A DNA stretch of 64,000 nucleotides from an uncultured Solirubrobacterales bacterium (lineage in GTDB: Bacteria; Actinomycetota; Thermoleophilia; Solirubrobacterales; 70-9): the NCBI GenBank assembly GCA_963702055.1, contig OY969702.1, forward strand, positions 1,912,301-1,976,300. Reading direction: 5' to 3'. The notes below the pieces were generated by a model. It ran no database searches. It was not told the DNA's origin and saw nothing but the letters and a program-made list of their open reading frames with translations. Shown here piece after piece: positions 51,939 through 60,145 of this stretch. Position 1 is the stretch's first letter; each line of letters starts with the position of its first letter. The translations under genes and the position numbers were made by a program.

Positions 51939-53308
51939 GGCGAGCCCTCCGGGGTGGGCGGCTCGCGGCGATCGAGCATCCGCGCGTCGGTGTCGACCAG
52001 CTCGCGCTCGATTGCCGAGAGCCGGTGCTGGACCAGGAAGGAGCGCCGCCCGACCAGCCACAGCGCCTCGCCGCGGCGCAGGGTCGGCACCAGCTCCAGC
52101 TCGGTGGCGCTGAGGCCGAGCAGATTGCGCAGCGCCTCCAGCTGATCGGGGGGCTGGGCGTAGATCACCTTGGTGTCGGTGTCGGCGATCAGCCCTTCGG
52201 CGATCCGCGCCTCCCGCGACCCCGCCGCCCCGGCGGCGCCGAGGTCGGAGAGGCGGTGCAAGACCATGATGTTCTGCACCCCGTTGGCGCGGGAGAGCTT
52301 GAAGCTCTGCTGCAGCCACTCGGCGACGCCGATATGGCTGGCGACGCGCCAGCCCTCGTCGAGGCCGACGATCACCTTGCGGCCGGGGTCGCCGCCGCGC
52401 TCGGCCTCGCGCTTTCGCTCCAAGACGATCCCCTGCAGCCAGGCGGCGGCGCAGGTCATCAGGATCCCCAGCGCCGCGGAGTCCTGCACGGCGCTCAGGT
52501 CCAATACGACCAGCGGCGCTTCGAGGTCGAGCGCCCCGCTGGTCGGCCCGTCGAACATCCCGCGCAGATCGCCCTCGCAGAGGCGGCGCAGCGCCAGCGC
52601 CGCCTCGCGGTTGGCCTCGGCAAAGCGCTCCCGGGTGCCGGCCGAGACCCCGTCGACCATTTTCTCGCCGGGGTGAAGCAGCGCCTCGACCACCTCAGGC
52701 AAGGTCGGCTCCGCGCCCTCCTTTCCACCCACCTCTTCCAGCGCGGCGCCGAGACCGGCGTCCTCCTCCGGCCCCAGCTCGCGGCGCAGCGCCGCCTGCG
52801 CTACCGAGCGCAAGAGGCTGAGCTGGGCGTCGCGCCCACCGCGTGGGCTGAGCGGGTTGAGGCGGACATCGCCGCCCGGACGAAGGGCGATCGGCTCGCC
52901 GCCGAGCGCCCGCGCCAGCGGCGCGTACTCGGACTTCGGATCGAGAATCCAGGCCTGGCGCCCGAAGACGCGCTGGCGGGTGATGTAGGTCTTTAGGAAG
53001 GCCGACTTGCCGCGGCCGATCTGGCCGACCACAAGCATGTTGGGGCCGGGCAGGATGCCGCGCTCATAGAGCACCCACGGGTCATAGAGCCAGGAGCCGC
53101 CGTAGGCGTCGCGGCCGATGTAGGTGCCGGGGGCGCCTAGGCCGCCCTCGGCGACGAAGGGGTAGGCGGCCTGGAAGTGGGCGGTGGTGGCGGAATGTCC
53201 GGGGCGCTCCCCCGCCCGCGATCGGCGCAGGAGGCGGGCGCCGCGCGGGCGGGGAAGGGAGGGGTAGCGCTCCCGGATCGCCGCCGGGGAAGGGGAGGGG
53301 GCTCTCAT
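51935..53308 (-). CDS. VirB4-like conjugation ATPase, ATPase (C-terminal) module
   Basis: ATG 53308 (ATGA overlap). Walker A VVGQIGRGKSAF, Walker B VIVGLDEGW, NIMVLHRLSDL. Confidence 0.8.
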   Translation of the reverse strand: MRAPSPSPAAIRERYPSLPRPRGARLLRRSRAGERPGHSATTAHFQAAYPFVAEGGLGAPGTYIGRDAYGGSWLYDPWVLYERGILPGPNMLVVGQIGRGKSAFLKTYITRQRVFGRQAWILDPKSEYAPLARALGGEPIALRPGGDVRLNPLSPRGGRDAQLSLLRSVAQAALRRELGPEEDAGLGAALEEVGGKEGAEPTLPEVVEALLHPGEKMVDGVSAGTRERFAEANREAALALRRLCEGDLRGMFDGPTSGALDLEAPLVVLDLSAVQDSAALGILMTCAAAWLQGIVLERKREAERGGDPGRKVIVGLDEGWRVASHIGVAEWLQQSFKLSRANGVQNIMVLHRLSDLGAAGAAGSREARIAEGLIADTDTKVIYAQPPDQLEALRNLLGLSATELELVPTLRRGEALWLVGRRSFLVQHRLSAIERELVDTDARMLDRREPPTPEGSP

Positions 53309-54801
53309 GCGAGCCCCCGACCCAGCGGCAAGCTGAAGGCAAAGCCGGCGTCTTGTTCGCCGTAGAGGCGCTGCAGCTCGAGGCGGGCGAGCTGGGCGGC
53401 GTGCTCTACCTCTGAGGCGGTGCGGTCGAGCTCCTCCAGCGACGGAGCCGAGACGGTGATGTAGCCGGCGAAGCGCATCTCGGCGTGCCCGTCGGCCAGC
53501 TCCTCCTCGCGGCGCGAGGCGGCCTGCTGGCGGCGGCGGATCCGCGCCGTGGTCATGAAGCCCTGGCGCTCGCGGGCCATCTCCTCGGCGACCTCGGCGG
53601 TCTGCGCCGCCTCGGCCTTTCGCATCGCCACCGAGTAGGGGATCGGCTCGATCGTCACCGAGACGCTGCGAAGCGCGGTGGTCTGCATCAGCAGCGGCGC
53701 CAGGAAAGCGGGGCCGACGTCGGAGCGCGGCCAGGCGGCGATCCAGTAGCTGGCGTGAAAGGCGGAGTCGGAGCGATAGTGGGCCCAGCTCGCCTGATCG
53801 GCGAGCGGCCCCATCAGGGCGGGGTCGACGCCCTCGCGCCCGGGCTCGGCGAGCGCCGAGCGGGCGCGGGCGCCGCGGCCGTAGGGATCGAAGGCGTCGC
53901 GGATCACCTCGGCGTAGTTGCGCGGTCGCAGCAGCCCGAAGACGGTTACCTCGGCGATCGTCAGCCGCTCGGCGAGGCTCTCGGCTTCGCGCAGCAGCAG
54001 CTCGCAGGCCGCCTGATCGCCGCCGCCGAGGCGGCGCAGCTCGCGGGCGCCGCGGCGCTGGTCGATCTGCAGGGCGAGGAGGATCTCGTGCTCCTGGGTC
54101 GCCGGGGCCGCGGACTCGAGCAGTTCGATGTAGGAGCGGACCAGGTTGGAGTCGAGCGGCACCGCGCGGTCGCGCTCGGCTTGCAGGTGCCCGGCCAGCT
54201 GATCGGCTGGAGCGGGCAGGGTGCGCTCGATCCACTGCAAGCGGCGCAGCGGGCTGCCGTCGCGCCCGGAGGCGGCGAGGACGGCGCCCCAGGCTTCGAG
54301 CTTTCGCTCCTGCTCGGCGGCGTCGCGCAAGCCGAAGGCGCCGGCTCGGACCGCGATTGCCGCGGTGTAGGTGCCGGCGCCGCGATCGCGGATCACGCCG
54401 ATCTCCTCCTGGCCGTAGGGGACCTCGAGCAGGTCGAGGTCGACCAGCTCGGCGGGCAGCGAAGGCTCATAGACGGCCTCGCCGTCGTGTATCCGCACCC
54501 CGGCACTCGGGGTCAGCGAGCGGTAGCCGCCCGCCCGCTCGCGGCGGCGCAGCGCCCAGCGCAGCGCGACCGGCGCCCACTCGTCGAGTGTGCGCCCCTC
54601 AAGCGGCACGAATATCACTGCTCCGGCGGCGCAGATCGCCGCCAGCCCAACCAAGAGGCCAAGAAAGCTCCGCAACCCATACAGCGCCGCCAGCCCGACG
54701 GCGGCGGCGACCGCGACGATCGCCACCTGGCCGAGGCGCAGCGGTCCGACGACCCCGCGCTGTTCCAGCGGACCGAAGCGGTAGCGGCGCGGCGTGCTCA
54801 C
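53305..54801 (-). CDS. Membrane-associated protein corresponding to the VirB3/VirB4 N-terminal module (separate gene)
   Basis: MSTPRRYRFGPLEQRGVVGPLRLGQVAIVAVAAAVGLAALYGLRSFLGLLVGLAAICAAGAVIFVPLEGRTLDEW (two TMs). Gene position and coupling. Confidence 0.6.
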   Translation of the reverse strand: MSTPRRYRFGPLEQRGVVGPLRLGQVAIVAVAAAVGLAALYGLRSFLGLLVGLAAICAAGAVIFVPLEGRTLDEWAPVALRWALRRRERAGGYRSLTPSAGVRIHDGEAVYEPSLPAELVDLDLLEVPYGQEEIGVIRDRGAGTYTAAIAVRAGAFGLRDAAEQERKLEAWGAVLAASGRDGSPLRRLQWIERTLPAPADQLAGHLQAERDRAVPLDSNLVRSYIELLESAAPATQEHEILLALQIDQRRGARELRRLGGGDQAACELLLREAESLAERLTIAEVTVFGLLRPRNYAEVIRDAFDPYGRGARARSALAEPGREGVDPALMGPLADQASWAHYRSDSAFHASYWIAAWPRSDVGPAFLAPLLMQTTALRSVSVTIEPIPYSVAMRKAEAAQTAEVAEEMARERQGFMTTARIRRRQQAASRREEELADGHAEMRFAGYITVSAPSLEELDRTASEVEHAAQLARLELQRLYGEQDAGFAFSLPLGRGLA

Positions 54802-56495
54802 GCGCTGCCCTTGCCGCCGGGCTTTGCCGCCTTCACCTCCGGCGCCGGTCGCGGCGGCTCGTTGCCGGCGCCGGGCGCCTTACCGCCCTCGGCCTGCTGA
54901 GGTCCACCGACCGAACCGCCGCCACTCTTGGTGGGTCGAGCGGGAGCCTCTCCGGCTGGTCTGCCCCCGGCTCCTGCCGAGGACTTCTCCCCGGCGGCGC
55001 CCGCCGCCTCGGCAGTCGCGGTGTCGCCAAGCCGCCCCGCTGCCGCTTTGGACGCTCGGGCCGCTGCGACCGGAGCCGCGACGGCGGCTGCGCCGACTCC
55101 CACCGCGCCACCGGCAGCGCCTGCCGCGCTGCCTCCGGCCTCGGCTCCGCCGCCGGCGGGGGAGGCGGCGGAGCCTCGTGCTCCGCCGCCGAGTCCGCTC
55201 CGCGCTCCGCCGGGCGCTCCGCCGTTTTGTCCGCCCGGAGCCCCGCCACCGCCCTGCGCTCCGCCCCCGGATCCCCACTGAGCGCGCGCGGCGTTTCGCA
55301 TCACCGCTGCGCTGCTGGTCAGCTGGGCGCCGCTGACCGCGGTGCCCGCCGCCGAGTGGCGACCGTAGGCGGCGGCCATCGCACCTTCTGCGAAGGGCAC
55401 CAGCTTGATCAGCACGAAGGGGGCGAAGCAGGCGAGCAGCATCAGCGCCGCCGCGGCGAGGATGTGCTCGACCTGGCCGTCGTTTTGGCTGAGCAGCCCG
55501 GCGGCCAGCGAGATGATCGCGACGATCACGAACTTCGAGACGATCACGACGACCAGGAGCTCTCCGGTTCGTCGCAACGCCCCCGACCAGCGGGGCCAGA
55601 TCGAGGCGGCGAGCGCCATCGGCGCAAACAGCGCCACCACGTAGATCGCTGCGTCTCGCATCAGCAGCTCGATCCAGACGAAGAAGGCGGCGAAGGCGCC
55701 GATGATCGCCGCCAGGAAGGTGACGAAGAGCGGCGCGGCGACGGCGCCACCCGCACCGCCCGCAGCGGTGCCGACCCCGGGCCCCGCCCCCGCCGTCCCG
55801 GCGGCGGCGCCCGCGGAGCCGCCGGCTTTGCTGAGGCCGTGGATCGCGCCGCGGAAGAAGTGCTCGCTGTTGTGGTTGGTCGAGACGGCGATCGCGTGGG
55901 AAAGCCCATCGGTCGCGGTGATCAGCATCTGCACGACCAGGTAGGCGACGCTGGAGGCGATGAAGGCGAGCGGCAGGTTGACCAGGACCGCTCGTCCCAG
56001 CAGCGCCGCGTTGCCCTGGGCGAGCCCTTCCAGAACGGCGAAGAGCAGCATCGCCGTCGCCAGCAGGGCGGCGATCTCCGCCATCCGCCGGTACTGGCTG
56101 ATGAAGCCCTTGGTGGTCAGCTTCGGCGTCGTCGTCTTCTCGATCAGCGAGACGACTTGGGAGATCAGCCAGCTCGCGCCGTCGGTGACCCAGCTGGTGA
56201 TCTGGTTGAAGATCCCGTTGCCGATCCCCGCCACCGCGGATTTGATCGGCGAGGTGATTGCGCCGACCGCGCCGTCGGTGACCGCATTGCAGGCGTCGCC
56301 GACCGGGTTGCCGCCACCGACCGCTCCGCCTGTGATCGCGCCGAGCCCGCCGCTGACCGCATCGGCGGGAGCGCTGCCGACGTCGCAGGCGACGTTCGCC
56401 CGCGCCCGCGGCGGCTCGGGCTGGGCGAGCACGATCAGCGCCCCGAGCAGCGCGGCGAGGCAAGCCGCGATCAGCTGTCTACGGCATAGCGCCAT
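54798..56495 (-). CDS. Polytopic membrane protein (VirB6/TrbL-like) with a ~170-aa Gly/Ala-rich disordered C-terminal tail
   Basis: Signal MALCRRQLIAACLAALLGALIVLA, 6 or more TMs, tail GGGAQGGGGAPGGQNGGAPGG... Confidence 0.6.
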   Translation of the reverse strand: MALCRRQLIAACLAALLGALIVLAQPEPPRARANVACDVGSAPADAVSGGLGAITGGAVGGGNPVGDACNAVTDGAVGAITSPIKSAVAGIGNGIFNQITSWVTDGASWLISQVVSLIEKTTTPKLTTKGFISQYRRMAEIAALLATAMLLFAVLEGLAQGNAALLGRAVLVNLPLAFIASSVAYLVVQMLITATDGLSHAIAVSTNHNSEHFFRGAIHGLSKAGGSAGAAAGTAGAGPGVGTAAGGAGGAVAAPLFVTFLAAIIGAFAAFFVWIELLMRDAAIYVVALFAPMALAASIWPRWSGALRRTGELLVVVIVSKFVIVAIISLAAGLLSQNDGQVEHILAAAALMLLACFAPFVLIKLVPFAEGAMAAAYGRHSAAGTAVSGAQLTSSAAVMRNAARAQWGSGGGAQGGGGAPGGQNGGAPGGARSGLGGGARGSAASPAGGGAEAGGSAAGAAGGAVGVGAAAVAAPVAAARASKAAAGRLGDTATAEAAGAAGEKSSAGAGGRPAGEAPARPTKSGGGSVGGPQQAEGGKAPGAGNEPPRPAPEVKAAKPGGKGSA

Positions 56496-57171
56496 AGCTG
56501 CGCAGCCTCCGGGCCAGCTCGAGGACGTCGAAGCCGCCGAGCCGCCCTCCTTTGGTCTCGATCTTCGGGGTAGGGCCGAAGCCACCGCGGGTGGCGGCGA
56601 TCTTCCACTCGCCGCCCTGCCAGGCCAACTCGGTGTGGGTGAGGCCGAAGTAGGCGCCCGGCTCTACCGCCGAGGCGTTGCCGAGCAGGGTGAAGCCCCA
56701 GGTGAGGATGCGGGCTCGGGCCGGGGAGTAGGACTCGACCCGGTAGCCGATCGGCACCGCGACGTAGAGCGTTTGGATGCCGTGGGCGATGCCCTCCCCG
56801 ATCGGCCCGGCGGCGATCCGTCGCTCGCCGGGGGAGTTGGCGGCGAACATCGTCGCCGCGTAGTCGGGTGTCGCCACGAGGTCGATCCGTTGCCGCAGGA
56901 CGGCCGGGTGCAGGATTGTCGGGTCGGCGAAGGCGCGCTGGTAGCCGGCCACCGCGGCGGCGGCCCCGGCGGCGGAGTGGGGGTAGCCGAGCGGCACGCC
57001 GGCGACTGAGTGGGTCGGTTCGGTTGAGTCGGAGCCACTCGCGGCTTGAGAGCCGGAGTGGCCCAGCAGGGCGCCGATCGCGAAGGCGACCGCGACCGCC
57101 AGGGCGAGGAGTCCGAGCGGAGCCCCGCGCCGCTTCGGTGTGGCGCGGTCGAGGGAGCGTCCGGCGACCAT
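56479..57171 (-). CDS. Membrane-anchored T4SS-associated protein of unknown function
   Basis: TM LGLLALAVAVAFAIGALLG. ATGA overlap with the pilin-like gene. Confidence 0.5.
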   Translation of the reverse strand: MVAGRSLDRATPKRRGAPLGLLALAVAVAFAIGALLGHSGSQAASGSDSTEPTHSVAGVPLGYPHSAAGAAAAVAGYQRAFADPTILHPAVLRQRIDLVATPDYAATMFAANSPGERRIAAGPIGEGIAHGIQTLYVAVPIGYRVESYSPARARILTWGFTLLGNASAVEPGAYFGLTHTELAWQGGEWKIAATRGGFGPTPKIETKGGRLGGFDVLELARRLRSYGAMP

Positions 57172-57491
57172 CAGTGGACGGCGGAGCCGGAGCTGTAGAA
57201 GAAGTTGACGATTGCCGAGGCGGCGCCGACCACGAAGGCGCCGGCTGCCCCGTAGAGCGCCTTGGTTTTGCCGTCAGCGGCCTGGCTGTAGTTGTTGGTG
57301 CGGGTGCCGAAGCCCCACTGGGCGGCGCCGATCACCACCGCGGCTCCGCAGCCGAGCAGCGCCACCGCAGCGACCCCGTTCAGCAGTTTCTCCAGCGCCG
57401 AGGTTCCGGGCAGTCCTTTCGGGTTGGGCTTGACACTGATCGCGGCAAGCGCCGAGATCAGGTGGAAGTTGATCAGCGTTGCGAGCGGCAC
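57171..57491 (-). CDS. Small two-TM protein, VirB2/TrbC pilin-like; first gene of the transfer operon
   Basis: 106 aa. LLNGVAAVALLGCGAAVVIGAAQW ... ALYGAAGAFVVGAASAIVNFF. Confidence 0.5.
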   Translation of the reverse strand: MPLATLINFHLISALAAISVKPNPKGLPGTSALEKLLNGVAAVALLGCGAAVVIGAAQWGFGTRTNNYSQAADGKTKALYGAAGAFVVGAASAIVNFFYSSGSAVH

Positions 57492-57653
57492 GACGGGCCT
57501 CCTTTGCGGTCAACAAGGTCTCTGCCTTTGTTGTCCGCGCCGAAGGCCGGTTGCCTCACCCGATCTCTCATCCGCCTCGGGAAGCCCGGATACTCCCCGG
57601 CGCCATGAGCGCCTACTACCGCCTGAGTTCTCGATCGTGCCCTCGGGGCGCTC

Positions 57654-57917
57654 TTGCGCGTCCAGTTCACGACGCAGGGTCGCGATGTCGTCGACTACGC
57701 GGTGGTCCTGCTCTTGGAGACCGAGAAGGGGACGGAGACGATTCGCGTCTACGACGGCGCCCACAGCCACAACGAGATGCACCGATATACCCGCAGCGCA
57801 GGCAAGCAGCCGGGAACGGTCTTCCACAGCGGTACTCTTGGAGAAGGAATGCGCGCCGCGATCACCGAGGTCGAGCGCGGATACCGCGAGATGATCGAAG
57901 GATGGGAAAGGCAATGA
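57654..57917 (+). CDS. Hypothetical small protein (YDGAHSHNEMHRY motif), first of a coupled pair
   Basis: Divergent from the T4SS operon. Motif IRVYDGAHSHNEMHRY. Confidence 0.45.
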   Translation: MRVQFTTQGRDVVDYAVVLLLETEKGTETIRVYDGAHSHNEMHRYTRSAGKQPGTVFHSGTLGEGMRAAITEVERGYREMIEGWERQ

Positions 57918-58141
57918 GCACCGAAAGCAGTCGTTCTCCCGCCGCCAAGGTGATGGACGAAGCGATCGACCTCGCGATCGAGGGCCGCTCGCCCTATCCG
58001 GAGCGCGCTGCGTTCATCGACGCCGACGCCCCTTTGGCCGGCCACGATATCGAGCGCGCTGCCGACGACGGCCTCGCGGTCGTTCTCGTCTCAGCCGATG
58101 GCAGCACCCGGGTTCTCAAGCCCGAACTCGCCGCTCACTGA
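57914..58141 (+). CDS. Hypothetical small protein, second of the coupled pair
   Basis: ATGA overlap with 57654..57917. Confidence 0.4.
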   Translation: MSTESSRSPAAKVMDEAIDLAIEGRSPYPERAAFIDADAPLAGHDIERAADDGLAVVLVSADGSTRVLKPELAAH

Positions 58142-58433
58142 TCTGGCGTTCCGGCTGAGTGGCCGATCGGTGCATGTCCCTGCATTCGTGTGCGGAAGGG
58201 CAGGTCGCGCCTACCTGAAGACGCCGAGGCCGAGTGCCTCATGAGACAGTGAGGTGTCCTCGTCGCGTCGAGACCGCGGTGCCCTCGTGAGAGCGCGGCA
58301 CGCTTCGGCTGGGCTTCCCGAGGAGCGGGAATGGGCCGTTACGAAATGCAGTGGCGCGACGAACTCTCCGACCTACATGGCCGCGCTTGTAGGCCCCGCG
58401 GGAGGCGCTTCCTCCCACGGGGCGCCAACTAAT

Positions 58434-59000
58434 TTAGCCGGATAGGCAGTACGCCTGCACCGTCAGCGGCGCAGGGGAGACGAGCGTATTTTTGCCCTCG
58501 ACGCGCCAACCGTTGCCCTGCTTGAGGGTCGTCCTGAGGTTGTTCTCGCTTTGAGTCCAGTAACCGCCACCGCTGAGCATGACCGAGCCGGTGGGGCAAG
58601 CAACGTCCGCCGTGCCCTCCGAAGAGCCGGGGACCTGGACGGTGTTCTGCACGATTGTGATGGTTCCCAGATCCCCTGCGCGGACCTCGCCGTCGACGAT
58701 CTTCCCCGATGTGACCGCGTTATCCGCCAGCTTCGAGGTGGTGATCGCGCTGTCGGCCAACTTCGAGGTAGTGACTCCCGCCTCGGCCAGCTTCGAGGTG
58801 GTGACCGCCGCCTCGGCCAACTTCGAGGTCGTGACCGCGCGGTTCTTGATCGCCCTCGTTGTGACTGCGTTCCGCTTGATGTTCTTGGCGCCCACGCGGG
58901 CCCTGTTCACGGCAAGAGCCGAGCCGCCGAGAGCGACGAACAGAGCGAGCAGGGCGATCGCATGCGCTGACGTGAACCGCGTGCGGATCGGCTTTCTCAT
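58434..59000 (-). CDS. Secreted decapeptide-repeat protein (paralogue of 47176..47757)
   Basis: GGGAGG SD and signal MRKPIRTRFTSAHAIALLALFVALGGSALA. AVTTSKLAEA/GVTTSKLADS/AITTSKLADN repeats. C-terminal C..G..MLSGG...GW...AYCL. Confidence 0.65.
   Translation of the reverse strand: MRKPIRTRFTSAHAIALLALFVALGGSALAVNRARVGAKNIKRNAVTTRAIKNRAVTTSKLAEAAVTTSKLAEAGVTTSKLADSAITTSKLADNAVTSGKIVDGEVRAGDLGTITIVQNTVQVPGSSEGTADVACPTGSVMLSGGGYWTQSENNLRTTLKQGNGWRVEGKNTLVSPAPLTVQAYCLSG
58701..58880. repeat. Six tandem 30-bp units (in-frame coding repeat)
   Basis: cttcgaggtggtgatcgcgctgtcggccaa / cttcgaggtagtgactcccgcctcggccag / cttcgaggtggtgaccgccgcctcggccaa / ... The flanking units are degenerate. Confidence 0.85.
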
Positions 59001-59140
59001 CTGACTGAACCTCCCATGTGGGTCTTTCCGCGGGTTCCCAGGTCGCTCAGACGCCCGCATCGCCGGATCCGACGAATGACCGCGATCCTAGCCATTTGTG
59101 AGTTACATCACAAGTGGCGACTTTTGTCATGAATCTCCGT

Positions 59141-59240
59141 ACCACCGCGGCTCCCCAGCTGAGCAGCGCCACCGCGGCGACGCCGTTCTGCATTCTGCAG
59201 TTTCTTCCGCCCCGAAGTTCCGAGCAACCTTGTTTCAATC
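59141..59240 (-). pseudogene. Fragment of a second pilin-like gene (homologous to 57332-57425)
   Basis: accaccgcggctccccagctgagcagcgccaccgcggcgacgccgttc aligns to the 57171..57491 gene. It encodes ..NGVAAVALLSWGAAVV.., has a 7-nt insertion, and has no intact ORF. Confidence 0.6.
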
Positions 59241-59319
59241 CCCTCGGTAGCCGAGGCCTAGGTTCTGGTCGGCACCAGGCGTCAGCCGGCGCTGAGGGTG
59301 TGGTGAATGTCATATTATT

Positions 59320-59332
59320 CACGTTAAACGTG
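59320..59332. promoter_or_regulatory. Palindrome CACGTT-A-AACGTG in the AT-rich abiE promoter region (candidate AbiEi operator)
   Basis: Read directly; 22 nt upstream of the AbiEi ATG. Confidence 0.35.
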
Positions 59333-59353
59333 TATTCGCTACAGTAGGCCACT

Positions 59354-60145
59354 ATGACCCGCCACACGCTCAAACCCCTCGATGACCGCCTCGCCGTCGG
59401 CAAGTCCACGCTGACAAGCCGTGAGCTGCGCGAGGAGCTGGGGATCTCCCCCCAGGCCACCTCCAACCTGCTGGCGCGTTGGCGCCAAGCCGGCCTGGTC
59501 GACCGGGTCGCCCGCGGCCGCTATGCGATCCGCCAGATCGGCCTGCTCGGGACCAGAGCTTCCTCCGAGGACATCGCCCTTGCCGTAGCCGCACTTCTCG
59601 GCTCCGAGCCCCATCGAATCGCCTACCGCTCCGCCCTTGACTTCCATGGCCTGTTGACCCGCCCGGTGCGAACGGTCCAGGTCGCCACTCCTCGCCGTCT
59701 CGCCGTCATCGGCATAAGCGGTCGTCCGATCGAGGCGATCTTCGAGCCCGCAGAGACTGTGGGAATCGGCAGCGAACCGGCCGGGCACGGCGCTTTCGTC
59801 TCCGACCTGGAGCGCACCCTGATCGACGCCGCCGCCCGGCCCGACCTGGTCGGCGGACACCTGGCGATCGCCGAGGCGCTTTCTGCCTGTAATCCCGACC
59901 CCAAGCGGCTGACGACGCTCGCCGAGGAACTCAGCGCCAGCGCTGCGCTACGGCGGATCGGCTCGCTCGCCGATCGCCTCCAGGTGGCCGGCCTTGCCGG
60001 GAAGCTCGCCCCCAACCAGTCACTCAGCGCCGACCTCGACCTCGACCCGAGGTTGAAAGAACTGGCCGTCGCCTTTCGCGATCCCCATTGGAGGATGCGC
60101 TGGCCGGTGGCCCCGGCAGCGCTTGCCGCGGAGATAGCGCAGTGA
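59354..60145 (+). CDS. abiEi: AbiEi-family antitoxin/transcriptional regulator (type IV TA)
   Basis: LTSRELREELGISPQATSNLLARWRQAGLVDRVARGRYAI (wHTH)...HRIAYRSALDFHGL. Confidence 0.8.
   Translation: MTRHTLKPLDDRLAVGKSTLTSRELREELGISPQATSNLLARWRQAGLVDRVARGRYAIRQIGLLGTRASSEDIALAVAALLGSEPHRIAYRSALDFHGLLTRPVRTVQVATPRRLAVIGISGRPIEAIFEPAETVGIGSEPAGHGAFVSDLERTLIDAAARPDLVGGHLAIAEALSACNPDPKRLTTLAEELSASAALRRIGSLADRLQVAGLAGKLAPNQSLSADLDLDPRLKELAVAFRDPHWRMRWPVAPAALAAEIAQ

Noticed and set aside
51939-52319. N-terminal extensions of the track ORFs for the coupling protein (to 52319), VirB4 ATPase (to 54235), VirB6-like (to 56585), relaxase (from 37902), DnaE2 (from 32682) and others
   Set aside because: The extensions are Arg/Pro-rich and overlap the preceding gene. 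Internal starts that create 4-nt ATGA/GTGA overlaps give proteins beginning exactly where conserved or TM sequence begins.
54830-55330. Extremely GC-rich low-complexity stretch considered as a non-coding repeat or mobile fragment
   Set aside because: It stays in frame with the VirB6-like gene and encodes a Gly/Ala/Pro-rich disordered tail. No discrete repeat unit or flanking inverted repeats were seen.
58701-58880. 30-bp tandem repeats considered as a possible CRISPR array
   Set aside because: The units are directly adjacent with no spacers, degenerate gradually, and are in frame within a secreted protein gene, encoding a decapeptide repeat. No cas genes are present in the window.
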